Counted from the stretch's first letter, positions 9,904-20,846 are shown. The stretch: 64,000 nucleotides of DNA from Candidatus Aceula meridiana (GCA_030765185.1 JAVCDE010000018.1:2-64001); one strand, 5' to 3'. Numbers and translations are program-made. Notes: generated by a model from the sequence alone, not told the origin.

Positions 9904-11124
9904 TTAATTCTTAGCTGCATCGTTATAAACTTTTATTAAAGAATCATAATGTAACTGCTCATTAAATCTTTTTTTGTTTAAATCATAAGCATTTTTACTA
10001 AACTGTTTCAGTTTATCTGGATTATCTAATGAATATTTTATTTTTTCACGAAGATCTCCTACTTTTCCTGGCTCAAACAGAAGGCCGGTCTCCCCATTAA
10101 TAACTAGCTCTGGAATGCCCCCTATCCGCGAGCCAATAACTGGCAATCTTAACGCAAAAGCCTCTAAAACAGAAATAGGATTATTTTCATAGCATTCGGA
10201 AGGCATAATCGCAGCAAAACTACTTCCTATTTTATCAAACAAGACATTGCCTTTTAAATAACCTAATAATTTTATATTCTTTATTTTCTTTATTTTTATC
10301 TCCTCCTCTATTTTCCCTCTTAGAGGCCCTTCTCCGATTATTTCAAGATCAGCAGATAAATTCTCAAAAGCTCTGAGCAAAGTGATAACTCCTTTTTCAG
10401 TTGATAACCTCCCCCAATAAGTAAATTTTTTATTCCTGCTGAATCCCGATGGTTTAAAATGTGAAATATCAGTGAAATTCGGTAAATAAACAAAATGGCC
10501 AGCTAATCCCATTTCCTGCATTTTATTCATTATAAACTTACTGGGGCATATAAACCGTTTTATTGGTCGATAGCTGCTTAATATCTGATGATGAAAATAG
10601 CTCTCTAGAGAAGCAAGGAGGCTCTTAGTAAAAGAATTCTTATGACATTTTGTTGTTGCGCAATGATAGAACCTTTTGCCCTTGCAAAGTTCACAAATTT
10701 TTCCGTGATTCAGCATGGAATACGAAGGACAGACTAATTTATAATCATGCATCGTCATAACGATGGGAATATTTTTTCTACGAAGAGCAAATAGAATCGA
10801 AGGCGTAAGTTGATGATTAAAGTTATGAACATGGGCAATGTCCGGCTTAAAATTATAAATCAATTGAGAAATTTTAGATTCAGCCTCTCGAGAACATAGT
10901 GTGTTCTTGAGAATATAAAATTGCTCAGCGATCCCATGCTTTTTCGCGTAATTGATATTTTTGATAAAATACTTACTCCATTCACAAGGCTTATTATCTT
11001 CATGCTCCATAGAAAAAAAAGCAATTTCATGGCCCTTGGATTTCAATAATTCAGACACATTGAACATATACCTCTCAGGTCCGCCTTTTAAATAAAAGAA
11101 TTTATTAATTTGAAGAATTTTCAT
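9904..11124 (-). CDS. GT4-family glycosyltransferase
   Basis: N-terminal GGPERYMFNVSELLKSKGHEI, and C-terminal NPISVLEAFALRLPVIGSRIGGIPELV. Confidence 0.85.
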   Translation of the reverse strand: MKILQINKFFYLKGGPERYMFNVSELLKSKGHEIAFFSMEHEDNKPCEWSKYFIKNINYAKKHGIAEQFYILKNTLCSREAESKISQLIYNFKPDIAHVHNFNHQLTPSILFALRRKNIPIVMTMHDYKLVCPSYSMLNHGKICELCKGKRFYHCATTKCHKNSFTKSLLASLESYFHHQILSSYRPIKRFICPSKFIMNKMQEMGLAGHFVYLPNFTDISHFKPSGFSRNKKFTYWGRLSTEKGVITLLRAFENLSADLEIIGEGPLRGKIEEEIKIKKIKNIKLLGYLKGNVLFDKIGSSFAAIMPSECYENNPISVLEAFALRLPVIGSRIGGIPELVINGETGLLFEPGKVGDLREKIKYSLDNPDKLKQFSKNAYDLNKKRFNEQLHYDSLIKVYNDAAKN

Positions 11125-11213
11125 TATCTATTTTTTATTAATCTTTGATATGCATTTTAAAATTATTTTATCTGAGGTCTAACTTCATTTTTATATAAAT
11201 CAATGAAGTACAT

Positions 11214-12041
11214 TTACCTCTGCCAAAAACTCCCCATACTGACCTTTAACTTAAAAAAACTAAAAGTATCATCTAAGCTAACACCTATACGTCTAAGGCC
11301 AAATCTATTCTTATTAAAATTTATCTTGTTGTTTCCTCCTATTGTAGTCACAGCAAGCTGAAAACAATACTTTTTTAATATTGGAAAACACATCGAAAGA
11401 TTACACTCGCTACTCTTACCCTTAGGATAAGCAAAAGATATAACTTCTTTGTTTATTTTTTTCTCAATTTCATATTTTGATTCAGCAATTTCCTTTTCAG
11501 CGGCTTCTTCACCCAAAGAGGACAAAACTTTATGGTTAACTGTATGCGCACCGATTCCAAATCCGCTATCTGCCATTTCCTTAATTTCATCCCAACTCAT
11601 AAAAAGATTCTCAACATCGTTGTTTACAGCAATCCCCTCAGGAGGAACTATCTTTTTATCAATAAACCCTGTTGTCACAAAAAATGTTGCAGGGACACCG
11701 TATTTCTTTAAAATAGGATAAGCAACTTCATAATTATCTTTATACCCATCATCAAATGTCACCCAAACGGGATGCTTTGGTAAAATCTTCTCCCCCTTTA
11801 AAAAAGCTACGATGTCTTCTTCCTTGACAGGATTATATTCTTCTTTTAAAAACCTCATTTGATCTTCAAAAGAATTCTTTTCAGTGCACATATTATCATA
11901 ACCTACGATTGCTAAGTCTTCTGTTTCAACGACTCTATGATAATAAATAATTACTAATTTTCCCTTATTGATAAATTTGATAAAATTAAAAAAATAATTT
12001 CTGCCAATTATCCCTAATATTTTTTTAACAATTGCTTTCAT
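11214..12041 (-). CDS. Polysaccharide deacetylase (CE4 / NodB-homology domain)
   Basis: VTFDDGYKDNYEVAYPILKKYGVPATFFV motif, and a His-containing GAHTVNH. Confidence 0.8.
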   Translation of the reverse strand: MKAIVKKILGIIGRNYFFNFIKFINKGKLVIIYYHRVVETEDLAIVGYDNMCTEKNSFEDQMRFLKEEYNPVKEEDIVAFLKGEKILPKHPVWVTFDDGYKDNYEVAYPILKKYGVPATFFVTTGFIDKKIVPPEGIAVNNDVENLFMSWDEIKEMADSGFGIGAHTVNHKVLSSLGEEAAEKEIAESKYEIEKKINKEVISFAYPKGKSSECNLSMCFPILKKYCFQLAVTTIGGNNKINFNKNRFGLRRIGVSLDDTFSFFKLKVSMGSFWQR

Positions 12042-12213
12042 TGTTTTTACCCTCTCCTCTGTCGCTCAGCGCCACCTTTTAAATAAAAGAACTTATTCAT
12101 CTTAAAAATCTTTTAAGTTAAAAAGTTCTTCGCACTGAGGCAAAATATAATGAACATCAAAAAACTTTTCTCTTTTATTTCCATACTCACATTTTCTCTA
12201 ATTTACTAAGCGA

Positions 12214-13113
12214 TTATTGTCTCAATATCCGTAATAAAATCCAACTTCCAAATGATTTTTGTGACAAATACTTAAAGTATCTCAAGAAATAAAAACACCT
12301 CAGAAAAAAAGACGTATTTTCTGATGTTATAATCTTACATACATAAGCAGCACGCCTAATCACTTGTTTAAAATCATCACAAAACTTCTCGCAAGATGCT
12401 AATTCCTGCTCATTTAGAATCATTTTAGCCAACTCCTCCTTTATCCCAGCTATGCGAATCACCATATTGGACAAGGTTGTTGGCTGCATGCCGAATTCGT
12501 TATCTGAATGCTGTCTATATTTAACTAGCTGATCAGGCACATAGGTTAGTCTATTTTCATTTAGCGCAAACATCGCCAACCAGTAATCATGGGGAACATG
12601 AGGATTAAAAGGTACCGCCTTTTTAACCAATTCACGCCTAAAAAGTATAGTACATCCATTTATATAATTTCTAAAAGCCATATATTGTATAGCTAGCGCA
12701 CGCCTTAGGTTTACACGATTATATCTACTTGCAGATTTAGCGATTTCTTTCCCATCCTCTGCAACCAGGCTTAAGTCAGAAAAAATTAAAAGATTATGAC
12801 CCAGTTCTTTCATGAGCGTCTCCAGCTTCTGCGGCACCCACATATCGTCCTGGTCGCTCAATGCAACATACTCCCCTCTACACAACAAAACCGCCTTCTC
12901 AAAATTTTTAATATAGCCCAAATTCTTTTCATTACAATACACCCTCAGCCCATGCTTATTTTCGTATTCTTTCAAAATCAGCATAGTCCCATCGGTCGAG
13001 CAATCATCACAAACAACTACCTCAATATCTTTATATGTCTGCCCGTAAATAGAATCTAGCTGTTCCCTCAGATACTTTTCACCATTATATGTTGCCAATG
13101 CGATTGATATCAT
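12214..13113 (-). CDS. GT2-family glycosyltransferase
   Basis: ISIALATYNGEKYL...VVVCDDCSTDGT...LSDQDDMW, the classic GT-A DXD architecture. Confidence 0.85.
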   Translation of the reverse strand: MISIALATYNGEKYLREQLDSIYGQTYKDIEVVVCDDCSTDGTMLILKEYENKHGLRVYCNEKNLGYIKNFEKAVLLCRGEYVALSDQDDMWVPQKLETLMKELGHNLLIFSDLSLVAEDGKEIAKSASRYNRVNLRRALAIQYMAFRNYINGCTILFRRELVKKAVPFNPHVPHDYWLAMFALNENRLTYVPDQLVKYRQHSDNEFGMQPTTLSNMVIRIAGIKEELAKMILNEQELASCEKFCDDFKQVIRRAAYVCKIITSENTSFFLRCFYFLRYFKYLSQKSFGSWILLRILRQ

Positions 13114-14510
13114 TAACTATCCTCAACAAATTCTATTTTTTCTCGAGTCAAACACAATAAAATTATTAACATCAAGAAAAACCCATAAAAAGCTACCATG
13201 TGAGTCAAATTGATAAATGTTAATAGAGGCAGGAAAAGAATGTTTGCCAAGATAAGAACATAAAAAAGCAAAAAAGGTGCGCCTATCGAACTTTTTATAA
13301 ATAAATTCTCGAGTATTCCTGTAATTACCCCAATTAAACCCATTATTAAAGCAACGCCCCAACACCCAAAAGAAGCATACCACTCTCCAATAATCCCTAT
13401 CCTTATTCCTGCATAATGCCCAAAATACCTACCAAAATATGCTGCCGGATTATCATCTAAATAATCAAATTTATTTGCACCAACCGCTGAAAATACTTCT
13501 TTTGGAATAAATGCTGCTAGCGCACCAGCAATAAATTTGCCTCCAACAAATTGCTCTGCTCCACCATGAAATTTATTTACAACATAGCTGTATTCTAGCC
13601 ACTCACCAAAAGTTCTACTAACTACACGCTCAATTGATGACAACGACTGAATCTCTCTCCCCGTAGCGGCACGCCAGCCATCAACTGCAGAATACAATAA
13701 GGGCACAATTCCTATAAGCACAACAACACTTAATATTTTTATACTCTTTATTTTGACCCTTAGCAAAAAGAATGCCGCTGAAGCAACCAACGCATACTGT
13801 CTTTGCCCGTAAAGTAGTAGTCCGAAGATTGCAACGAAAACCCAAACAAGATAAAATTTGCGTTTTTTTACAAAATACAACAACGATGATAACAACGCAA
13901 CAATTAACCACATGTGAGAAAACTTAACAATATTGTCTCCCGCTATGTCTCCAAACGAAAAACGGACTGATTCAATATCTGGCCTTAATATAGGCACATA
14001 ACCGATTCTCATAATAGCGACAATAGTGCACAAAAATGATATAAAAGCGAAAAGAAATAAAAACTTTTCTAGCTTATCGTAGTCCAATCTAAACAACGGT
14101 ATACGACGCACTCCATTGGTAGTTCTTCTCGCAGCGTTACTCATTGATACCCCAACGATAAATGAAAAAACCCCTAGATACCAAACAAATGTTGGATAAC
14201 CAAATGAAAGAGTCCCTCCCATGTAATTGTGATACACCTTAATAAATATTAAATAACTCCAGACACCGAGGGGAGGAACTAACAACATAGTCAGAGCAAC
14301 GAATAATGATATGAATCGCTTACGATCACTTACCTTTGTAAAAAACAAAATCACCAACAAAGAAATCGATAAAACAATCAATAAGCAAATCAAACCAACA
14401 TATGGCTTAATCAGGAAAGGAATAACGATCTCTATGGTAGGGAACAAAATAATTCCTACTAAAATTGCTAAAATTACAGAAAAAACAAATTTTACTAAAT
14501 CACTCCACAT
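13113..14510 (-). CDS. wzy: Wzy-type oligosaccharide repeat-unit polymerase (polytopic membrane protein)
   Basis: About 12 predicted TM helices with a large loop. Its position between the GT2 gene and wzx suggests this role. There is no strong sequence signature, as is typical for Wzy. Confidence 0.55.
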   Translation of the reverse strand: MWSDLVKFVFSVILAILVGIILFPTIEIVIPFLIKPYVGLICLLIVLSISLLVILFFTKVSDRKRFISLFVALTMLLVPPLGVWSYLIFIKVYHNYMGGTLSFGYPTFVWYLGVFSFIVGVSMSNAARRTTNGVRRIPLFRLDYDKLEKFLFLFAFISFLCTIVAIMRIGYVPILRPDIESVRFSFGDIAGDNIVKFSHMWLIVALLSSLLYFVKKRKFYLVWVFVAIFGLLLYGQRQYALVASAAFFLLRVKIKSIKILSVVVLIGIVPLLYSAVDGWRAATGREIQSLSSIERVVSRTFGEWLEYSYVVNKFHGGAEQFVGGKFIAGALAAFIPKEVFSAVGANKFDYLDDNPAAYFGRYFGHYAGIRIGIIGEWYASFGCWGVALIMGLIGVITGILENLFIKSSIGAPFLLFYVLILANILFLPLLTFINLTHMVAFYGFFLMLIILLCLTREKIEFVEDS

Positions 14511-14534
14511 ATGCGTTAAGATTTCTCCTTTTTT

Positions 14535-15842
14535 TTATAAAATAAAATTTATCTTCCTCCTCTTCAGCACCTTCCACATACATATCATTAATACCAGCTC
14601 AGTTAAAACGCTGGACCATGCCGCGCCAACACCACCTAAATGAAATACCCCCAGAAATAAAAATAAAAAAACTACATTGATAAGGCCGCCGCTTAAATAT
14701 ATGCCTAAAAAATGCTTATCAAGTCGAAATGACAATAATCCCAAATTCGCAAAAATATATGAAGCAGGAATAATCACCAATAGGAGCGACAAAATTCTTA
14801 CAATAATTAAAGACTCGCTAAACTGCGCACCCAGCACTATTCTTACAATAGCGCTTGAACATGTTAAGAAGACTATAAATATAAAAATCGAAATTAAAAA
14901 AGATATCTTGAATACTTTTCTCAATGTTTGTATTGCAAGCTGCTGGCTCTCAGCTACTTTTTTTGTAATATAAGGATACGCCGCACGAAAACCAGGTTCA
15001 AGCATTCGCGTAAGCATACGTACAATCCTATCGCCAGCAGCATAGTACCCGACAACTGTATTGTTTAAAAATAAACCTAAAACAACTGTATTAGTCGTAG
15101 TGTAAAGACTAATCGCTAATCGTGACACAAATATATGCCATCCACTCCCAAGTTGTCTACGGATATCTTCTAAGCGAGGCCTCCTAAACGATAACCCAAA
15201 GGAAAAAAACACCGGTATTGCCCCAATTATCCCAGAAACGATCATGCCCAATGAATTAATAAGCGGCACCTTCAAATAATCACTTTGTTCACGAATAAAA
15301 ACAAAAATAAGCAATGTAAACACAAGCTTCGCCACAACGTTACGGATGGTGATGTACTTCATATTCTCAATGCCCTGAAAGAACCAAACAGGAAATAGCA
15401 CATTATCAAATACTATACCGAACGAAAACACATAAATCAGCCAATCCATCCGAAACTTTGGCACCATAAGCAGTACAACTGCCAAGATAACCATGCTAAT
15501 GATCAAAAATAAACTTTTAATCACAAACACTGATGAGACAATTACTGATAGTTTTTCTTTGTTTCCACGATGGATCGAAACTTCGCGCGTTGCTGAAAGA
15601 TCAAATCCATAATCAGTGAGAACAACAAAATATTGTATAAACGCCTGTGCAAATGCAATAAGCCCAAATTTCTCTACTCCCAGAACACGCACAAGATACG
15701 GCAAAGTAATAAGCGGCAAGATATAGCTTGCCGCTTGTAAAAAAGAGAGTGAAAAAAAGTTCTCCAATAGCCGCCGTCTCTCATGTGTGCGAGTAAGCGT
15801 ATGAATAATATTCTTTATCATAGCGCCAGCTGCCATTTCCAC
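14535..15842 (-). CDS. wzx: Wzx-type flippase (MOP/PST family polysaccharide biosynthesis protein)
   Basis: N-terminal LLENFFSLSFLQAASYILPLITLPYLVRVLGVEKFGL signature of the PST family. 12-14 TM helices. Confidence 0.8.
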   Translation of the reverse strand: MEMAAGAMIKNIIHTLTRTHERRRLLENFFSLSFLQAASYILPLITLPYLVRVLGVEKFGLIAFAQAFIQYFVVLTDYGFDLSATREVSIHRGNKEKLSVIVSSVFVIKSLFLIISMVILAVVLLMVPKFRMDWLIYVFSFGIVFDNVLFPVWFFQGIENMKYITIRNVVAKLVFTLLIFVFIREQSDYLKVPLINSLGMIVSGIIGAIPVFFSFGLSFRRPRLEDIRRQLGSGWHIFVSRLAISLYTTTNTVVLGLFLNNTVVGYYAAGDRIVRMLTRMLEPGFRAAYPYITKKVAESQQLAIQTLRKVFKISFLISIFIFIVFLTCSSAIVRIVLGAQFSESLIIVRILSLLLVIIPASYIFANLGLLSFRLDKHFLGIYLSGGLINVVFLFLFLGVFHLGGVGAAWSSVLTELVLMICMWKVLKRRKINFIL

Positions 15843-16837
15843 GCATTTTTAAGTGATTCTTCAATTGTATATTTTGCCTTCCATCCCAAAACGAGCTCGG
15901 CTTTTTTTACATTAGCATAAAGCTTTGCAATGTCGCCAAATCGTCTTTTTCCGATAACAAAATTTACTTTAACATTATTGATTCTCTGAAAGGCTTCAAG
16001 AACCTCCGCAACGCTATGTCCTTGCCCTGTGCCAACATTAATAGCATCGAAACAGTTGTCCTCTTTTATTCTTTCTAAATAAACCAGTGTGTCAACATGC
16101 GCTTCAGCTAAATCCATAATATCGATATAGTCTCGGACGCATGTCTTGTCCGGCGTATCATAGTCATTGCCAAAAACAGTTAGTTTTTCGCGAATACCGG
16201 CAGCTGTTTGCGTAATAACAGGAACAAGATTGTTTGGCATTCCAAGGGGCAATTCGCCAATAAGCGCCGACGGATGAGCCCCAATTGGATTAAAATAACG
16301 TAAAGCAATAGATTTCAATGGCATGCCACTTTTAGCAGCATCCTCAATAATTTTTTCGCAAATTTGTTTTGTATTACCATACGGCGAAAGTGCTAGTTTT
16401 TGGGGGCTTAACTCGGTTACCGGAAGCTCATCGGGTTCTCCATAAACAGTAGCCGAAGATGAAAAAACTAAATTTCGGCACTGACTTTCTTGCATTGCCT
16501 TGATAAGAAATATTAGCGAACCGATATTATTATGATAATACTCAAGAGGCTTATCAAACGATTCTCCAACAGCTTTAAATGCCGCAAAGTGCATAGCCCC
16601 TACGACGACACCTTCTTTTTCAAAAACTTTTATCAAAAAATCCTGATCTGCACAATCACCCTCATGCAAAACAACATCTTGCCCTGTAATAGATTTTATT
16701 CCATCAATGATGCGATGCTCAGAATTAGAAAAATTATCGATAATAATAGGCTCATATCCTGCCTGCCAAAGGGCAATGGCTACATGAGAGCCGATGTATC
16801 CTGCGCCACCGGTAACAACAATTTTCTTTCTTCCCAT
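15818..16837 (-). CDS. galE: UDP-glucose 4-epimerase
   Basis: KKIVVTGGAGYIGSH Rossmann motif, SSSATVYG, and YGNTK (a YxxxK catalytic motif). Confidence 0.9.
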   Translation of the reverse strand: MGRKKIVVTGGAGYIGSHVAIALWQAGYEPIIIDNFSNSEHRIIDGIKSITGQDVVLHEGDCADQDFLIKVFEKEGVVVGAMHFAAFKAVGESFDKPLEYYHNNIGSLIFLIKAMQESQCRNLVFSSSATVYGEPDELPVTELSPQKLALSPYGNTKQICEKIIEDAAKSGMPLKSIALRYFNPIGAHPSALIGELPLGMPNNLVPVITQTAAGIREKLTVFGNDYDTPDKTCVRDYIDIMDLAEAHVDTLVYLERIKEDNCFDAINVGTGQGHSVAEVLEAFQRINNVKVNFVIGKRRFGDIAKLYANVKKAELVLGWKAKYTIEESLKNAWKWQLAL

Positions 16838-17044
16838 TTCTTCCTCAAGGTATCATATTTAAATATATTAATATAAATAATATGGTATTTTAATCTTAAA
16901 TATAGCACATTTATTGCAAATATTCCAAAATCAATAGGTTAGAAAGAATTTCTTTCTTGTGTTTTTTCGCCCATTACCATATATTATATGATATCATAAA
17001 AATAAAATCTGCTTTTAGAAAAGTCAGCTTATTTTAAATGTAAA

Positions 17045-18106
17045 ATGAAAATAAAGAACCTAATGGTCAAAATATTTTTGCTGTCTGCGGCTGCTATTTT
17101 GATAACTTTTTTAATAAAATTGCTTGCGGCTGATATTTTCTTTATCCAAGCTCAAAAATATGAAAAAAAATACCTTTTTGAGAAAGCAATAAATCACTAT
17201 CAAAAAGCCATTGACCTTGCCCCCTTATCTTCTGAATATTTAGGCTCATATGGAAAATTTCTTACCCGCATAAGCAAATACAATAAAGACAAATTTTCTA
17301 TTCTAAATAAAGCAGAAAAACTCTGCAAAGATGCTATTCAAAAAAATCCCATGGATTCAAAATTTTGGATTCTTTTAGGAAAAATTCAACTAGAACAATT
17401 TTCCGAAACTTCTGGCCCTGTATTCCTTAAATTAGCGATAAAATACTTCAAACAAGCTTTTAAAAACGACCCAAACGGAGAAATAACGACAGAAGGCATT
17501 GCATACAATTTAGCAGAATTTCTACTTCCTTTAAATAAGCCAGATTTTGACTGGGCATTGAATAAAATTAAAAAAACCCTTCAAGTCGATTACCCAGAAG
17601 TAGAATACCTCTATGTATCAGTATGGAAAAGTACTAAGAATATAAGTCTTTTAAAAGAATTAGCCGAAACTAGGTGGAAAAAACAAAAAAAAATAAAAAA
17701 GTCTCAAGAAAATGCGCCTATCGACCCATCTTTATTATCAAAAAAACAGTGGTATGAAAAATCTTTTGAAGGAAAGAATTTTTACAGCGATGGAAACATG
17801 TACTGGAATGGAACCGCGCATCAGTTTGTAGAAATTCCGGGACAAGCAAATGCCATCACCATTCAAGCGAAAGGTTCTTCAGCTTACGGTATCTGGCCCT
17901 ATATGGTCGTTTCCTTAAACGGAAAAGAAATCGGGGCTGATTTTATTCAAAACGTAGAATTTAAAAATTACGCTTATCCTATAGCAGCAGATAAAGAAAC
18001 AACGACAAAAATTATTAGTGTTACCTTTACAAACGATGGTGGCAACAAAATTGAAGACCGCAACCTTTATGTCGGCGAGGTAACAGCCTTATCAACTTCT
18101 CAATAA
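17045..18106 (+). CDS. Membrane-anchored TPR-repeat protein with a C-terminal CBM-like domain (paralogue of 4757-5386)
   Basis: N-terminal TM helix. TPR-like helical repeats (YEKKYLFEKAINHYQKAIDLAP...). C-terminal NGTAHQFVEIP...AKGSSAYGIWPYMVVSLNGKEI...ISVTFTNDGGNKIEDRNLYV. Confidence 0.5.
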   Translation: MKIKNLMVKIFLLSAAAILITFLIKLLAADIFFIQAQKYEKKYLFEKAINHYQKAIDLAPLSSEYLGSYGKFLTRISKYNKDKFSILNKAEKLCKDAIQKNPMDSKFWILLGKIQLEQFSETSGPVFLKLAIKYFKQAFKNDPNGEITTEGIAYNLAEFLLPLNKPDFDWALNKIKKTLQVDYPEVEYLYVSVWKSTKNISLLKELAETRWKKQKKIKKSQENAPIDPSLLSKKQWYEKSFEGKNFYSDGNMYWNGTAHQFVEIPGQANAITIQAKGSSAYGIWPYMVVSLNGKEIGADFIQNVEFKNYAYPIAADKETTTKIISVTFTNDGGNKIEDRNLYVGEVTALSTSQ

Positions 18107-18109
18107 AAT

Positions 18110-19363
18110 ATGAAGAGCGAAACCTTTAAAAATATTATTTTCTTTACACTGTCCGCTGTTATGCTATTTGCGCCTATGTTTAAAGGGTCTGTCACCCTTT
18201 GGTCAATCGCATCAATTCAAATTATCGTCTTTCTTTTAACATGTTTCTGGCTATGGCAAAAAAGCAATGAGAAGCAGTTGCGCTTTAAAACAACAAAGCT
18301 CGATAAGCCCATCCTGATTTTCTTTGTACTCGCCCTTGTTTCAGCGATTTTTAGCATTTATCCCTATGCAAGTGCCCTAGAATTACTTCGTTTAGCCATG
18401 TATGGAGCTATTTATTATCTACTTATCAATAACTTCGGAAGAACCCTTCAGATACGTTTTTGTAGCCTCATTATTATGATAGCTTGTGCCCTTTCGCTTT
18501 TCGGCCTTGGCCAATACTTCTTTGGCCTTAATCATTCTTGGTGGAAGCCGGCTGAATTTCTTGCTTCAACTTATGTTAATCATAACCATTTTGCAGGCTA
18601 CCTTGAAATGGCAATTGCCCTCTGTTGCGGTTTTTTGCTGGGGCTAGACAAACGCGAACACATTAGCCCTTTTCGTAGAAAAATGTGGAAAGTTCTCTTA
18701 ATCATAGCCGGCTGCCTGTTGCTGTTTGCTTTTGTATTGACACAATCACGTGGAGCCTGGCTGTCCCTGTCTTTGGCATTCTTAGTATATATTATTGTTT
18801 TAGTTCAAAAAAAGAAATTCAAGAAATGGACACTTTTCGCCTATTTAGTTCTTCTTGTGGTCGGAACAATCTTTTTATATGTTGGCGACGACAGCGTTGC
18901 CAAACGCGTCCAAACAATTAAAACCAAAGGCGCTGAAGCTTCTTGGCAAACCCGCCAAAGAATTTGGAAAGGAAGCATAACGATGATTAAAGATAATCCC
19001 CTATTAGGCACAGGAGTTGGAACCTTTGTCTGGGGATTTCCATCTTACCAGCCACAAGGAATCACTGGTCGCGCTCATTATGCCCATAATGATTATTTGC
19101 AGTCAGCTTGCGAAATGGGTCTGTTTGCCCTCCCTCTTATTTTTTGGATGATATATGTTATACTTAGCAAAGGATTTTACAGAGACAAAAACGACTCCCG
19201 TTTGATTCGCAATATTCGGCTAAGTGCCGCAATAGGTTTACTAAGCTTGATGATCCACAGCGCTGTTGATTTTAATCTTCATATCCCTGCGAATATGATA
19301 GCCGCAGCAGCTTTGGCAGCGATTGTCATGCGGACTTCTAAAAAAAATATTGAAAAAGATTAA
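18110..19363 (+). CDS. O-antigen ligase family protein (Wzy_C / WaaL-like)
   Basis: Polytopic membrane protein with LTQSRGAWLSLS and a large periplasmic loop (GTGVGTFVWGF...HYAHNDYLQSACEMGL). Confidence 0.75.
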   Translation: MKSETFKNIIFFTLSAVMLFAPMFKGSVTLWSIASIQIIVFLLTCFWLWQKSNEKQLRFKTTKLDKPILIFFVLALVSAIFSIYPYASALELLRLAMYGAIYYLLINNFGRTLQIRFCSLIIMIACALSLFGLGQYFFGLNHSWWKPAEFLASTYVNHNHFAGYLEMAIALCCGFLLGLDKREHISPFRRKMWKVLLIIAGCLLLFAFVLTQSRGAWLSLSLAFLVYIIVLVQKKKFKKWTLFAYLVLLVVGTIFLYVGDDSVAKRVQTIKTKGAEASWQTRQRIWKGSITMIKDNPLLGTGVGTFVWGFPSYQPQGITGRAHYAHNDYLQSACEMGLFALPLIFWMIYVILSKGFYRDKNDSRLIRNIRLSAAIGLLSLMIHSAVDFNLHIPANMIAAAALAAIVMRTSKKNIEKD

Positions 19364-19394
19364 GAATTAGGAAACGCGAAAGGAGAAGCAAATA

Positions 19395-20846
19395 ATGATT
19401 AATGAACGCAGAAAAGTTTTTTATACGCTCTTAATCATTATTGATGCTTTTGTCATTACAGCTGCGTTTCTCGCGGCTTACTTTTTAAGAAAAAATTTTC
19501 ATGCCTTTTACACATTCGACTTATTCCCGCATGCAGAAATTGTTAACGAAATCTCTCTTGAGGAAGGCCTCTACGCAAATGTCTACCTCTTAGGATTAAT
19601 AACGTGGATTCCTGTTCTTTGGGTTGTTGGCTTTTACAATTCTTTCCGCACAAGCTCCTATCTCAAAGAAGTCTGGCTGCTCTTTAAAGCATCCATTTTG
19701 ACGATATTAACTTTCGGAAGCTTGGCATTTATCTTTAAAGTAGAATTTGTCAGTCGCATGTTTTTGGGAATTTTTATTGCAACAAGCTCGTTATTTTTAC
19801 TCATAACCCGCCTCGTCGTCGTTAAAATCACCCGCTCCCTTCGCCGTCGCGGGCGCAACTATCGACAGATTTTACTTGTCGGAACAGGTCCCCGGGCAAA
19901 AAAATTTATCGGTCTTCTCTACAAACACGCCGAGTGGGGGTTAAAAATCAAAGGACTCTTGGATATTGACCCCGAAAAGGTCGGAAAGAATTTCTTCGGA
20001 ATTAAATGCATCGGAACAATTGATGATATCTCAAAAATTCTCGACAGGTGCGTTATCGATGAAGTCGTTGTTGTTGTGCCAAGGTCTTGGCTAACATCAA
20101 TCCAAAATCTTGTATCTATCTGCGAACTCCGCGGCATCCAAGTTAACGTCGCCAGTGACCTGTTCGATCTTAATATTGCACGGGCAACTCAACGAGACTT
20201 AGACGGCTTTCCTTTAATGACGTTTGAAACAACTTTCGTCCACGAATGGGATTTGATTATTAAACGTATGTTTGATATTCTCTTTTCGCTTTCTGGAATT
20301 TTCTTCTTTTTTCCCTTATTTCTCCTTGTTGCCATAATCATCAAAATCACATCTCCGGGCCCTGTTTTCTTTCAGCAAAAACGTGTTGGCCTAAACGGCC
20401 GCCCCTTTTATTTACATAAATTCCGCTCAATGAATAAAAACGCCTCAGCGCAACTAGAAAAAGTCCAACATCTTAATGAGATGGACGGACCAGTCTTTAA
20501 AATTAAGAATGATCCGCGTGTTTTTCCATTTGGAAAAATTTTACGTAAAACAAGCATTGATGAGCTGCCACAATTACTTGATGTTTTAGTGGGAAACATC
20601 AGCATCGTTGGGCCTCGCCCTCCTCTGCCGAAAGAAGTTGAACAATACGAGCCTTGGCAGAAAAGACGCTTAAGCATGCGACCTGGGATTACATGCTTGT
20701 GGCAAATTATGGGTCGTAACAAATTAAGTTTTAAGCAGTGGATGGAACTAGATCTTCAGTATATTGATAATTGGTCTCTGTGGCTGGACTTTAAAATTTT
20801 AATGAGAACGATTCCTACTGTCATTTTTGGCGATGGAGCAAGCTAA
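19395..20846 (+). CDS. Polyprenyl-phosphate sugar phosphotransferase (WbaP/EpsZ-type initiating transferase, Bac_transf domain)
   Basis: 4-5 N-terminal TM helices. C-terminal FFFPLFLLVAIIIKITSPGPVFFQQKRVG...KFRSM...DELPQLLDVLVGNISIVGPRP. Confidence 0.85.
   Translation: MINERRKVFYTLLIIIDAFVITAAFLAAYFLRKNFHAFYTFDLFPHAEIVNEISLEEGLYANVYLLGLITWIPVLWVVGFYNSFRTSSYLKEVWLLFKASILTILTFGSLAFIFKVEFVSRMFLGIFIATSSLFLLITRLVVVKITRSLRRRGRNYRQILLVGTGPRAKKFIGLLYKHAEWGLKIKGLLDIDPEKVGKNFFGIKCIGTIDDISKILDRCVIDEVVVVVPRSWLTSIQNLVSICELRGIQVNVASDLFDLNIARATQRDLDGFPLMTFETTFVHEWDLIIKRMFDILFSLSGIFFFFPLFLLVAIIIKITSPGPVFFQQKRVGLNGRPFYLHKFRSMNKNASAQLEKVQHLNEMDGPVFKIKNDPRVFPFGKILRKTSIDELPQLLDVLVGNISIVGPRPPLPKEVEQYEPWQKRRLSMRPGITCLWQIMGRNKLSFKQWMELDLQYIDNWSLWLDFKILMRTIPTVIFGDGAS

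Noticed and set aside
16838-17044. A JUMPstart/ops (GGCGGTAG) antitermination element for the polysaccharide operons
   Set aside because: The motif is not present in either the 16.8-17.0 kb divergent promoter region or the 0.2-0.5 kb region.
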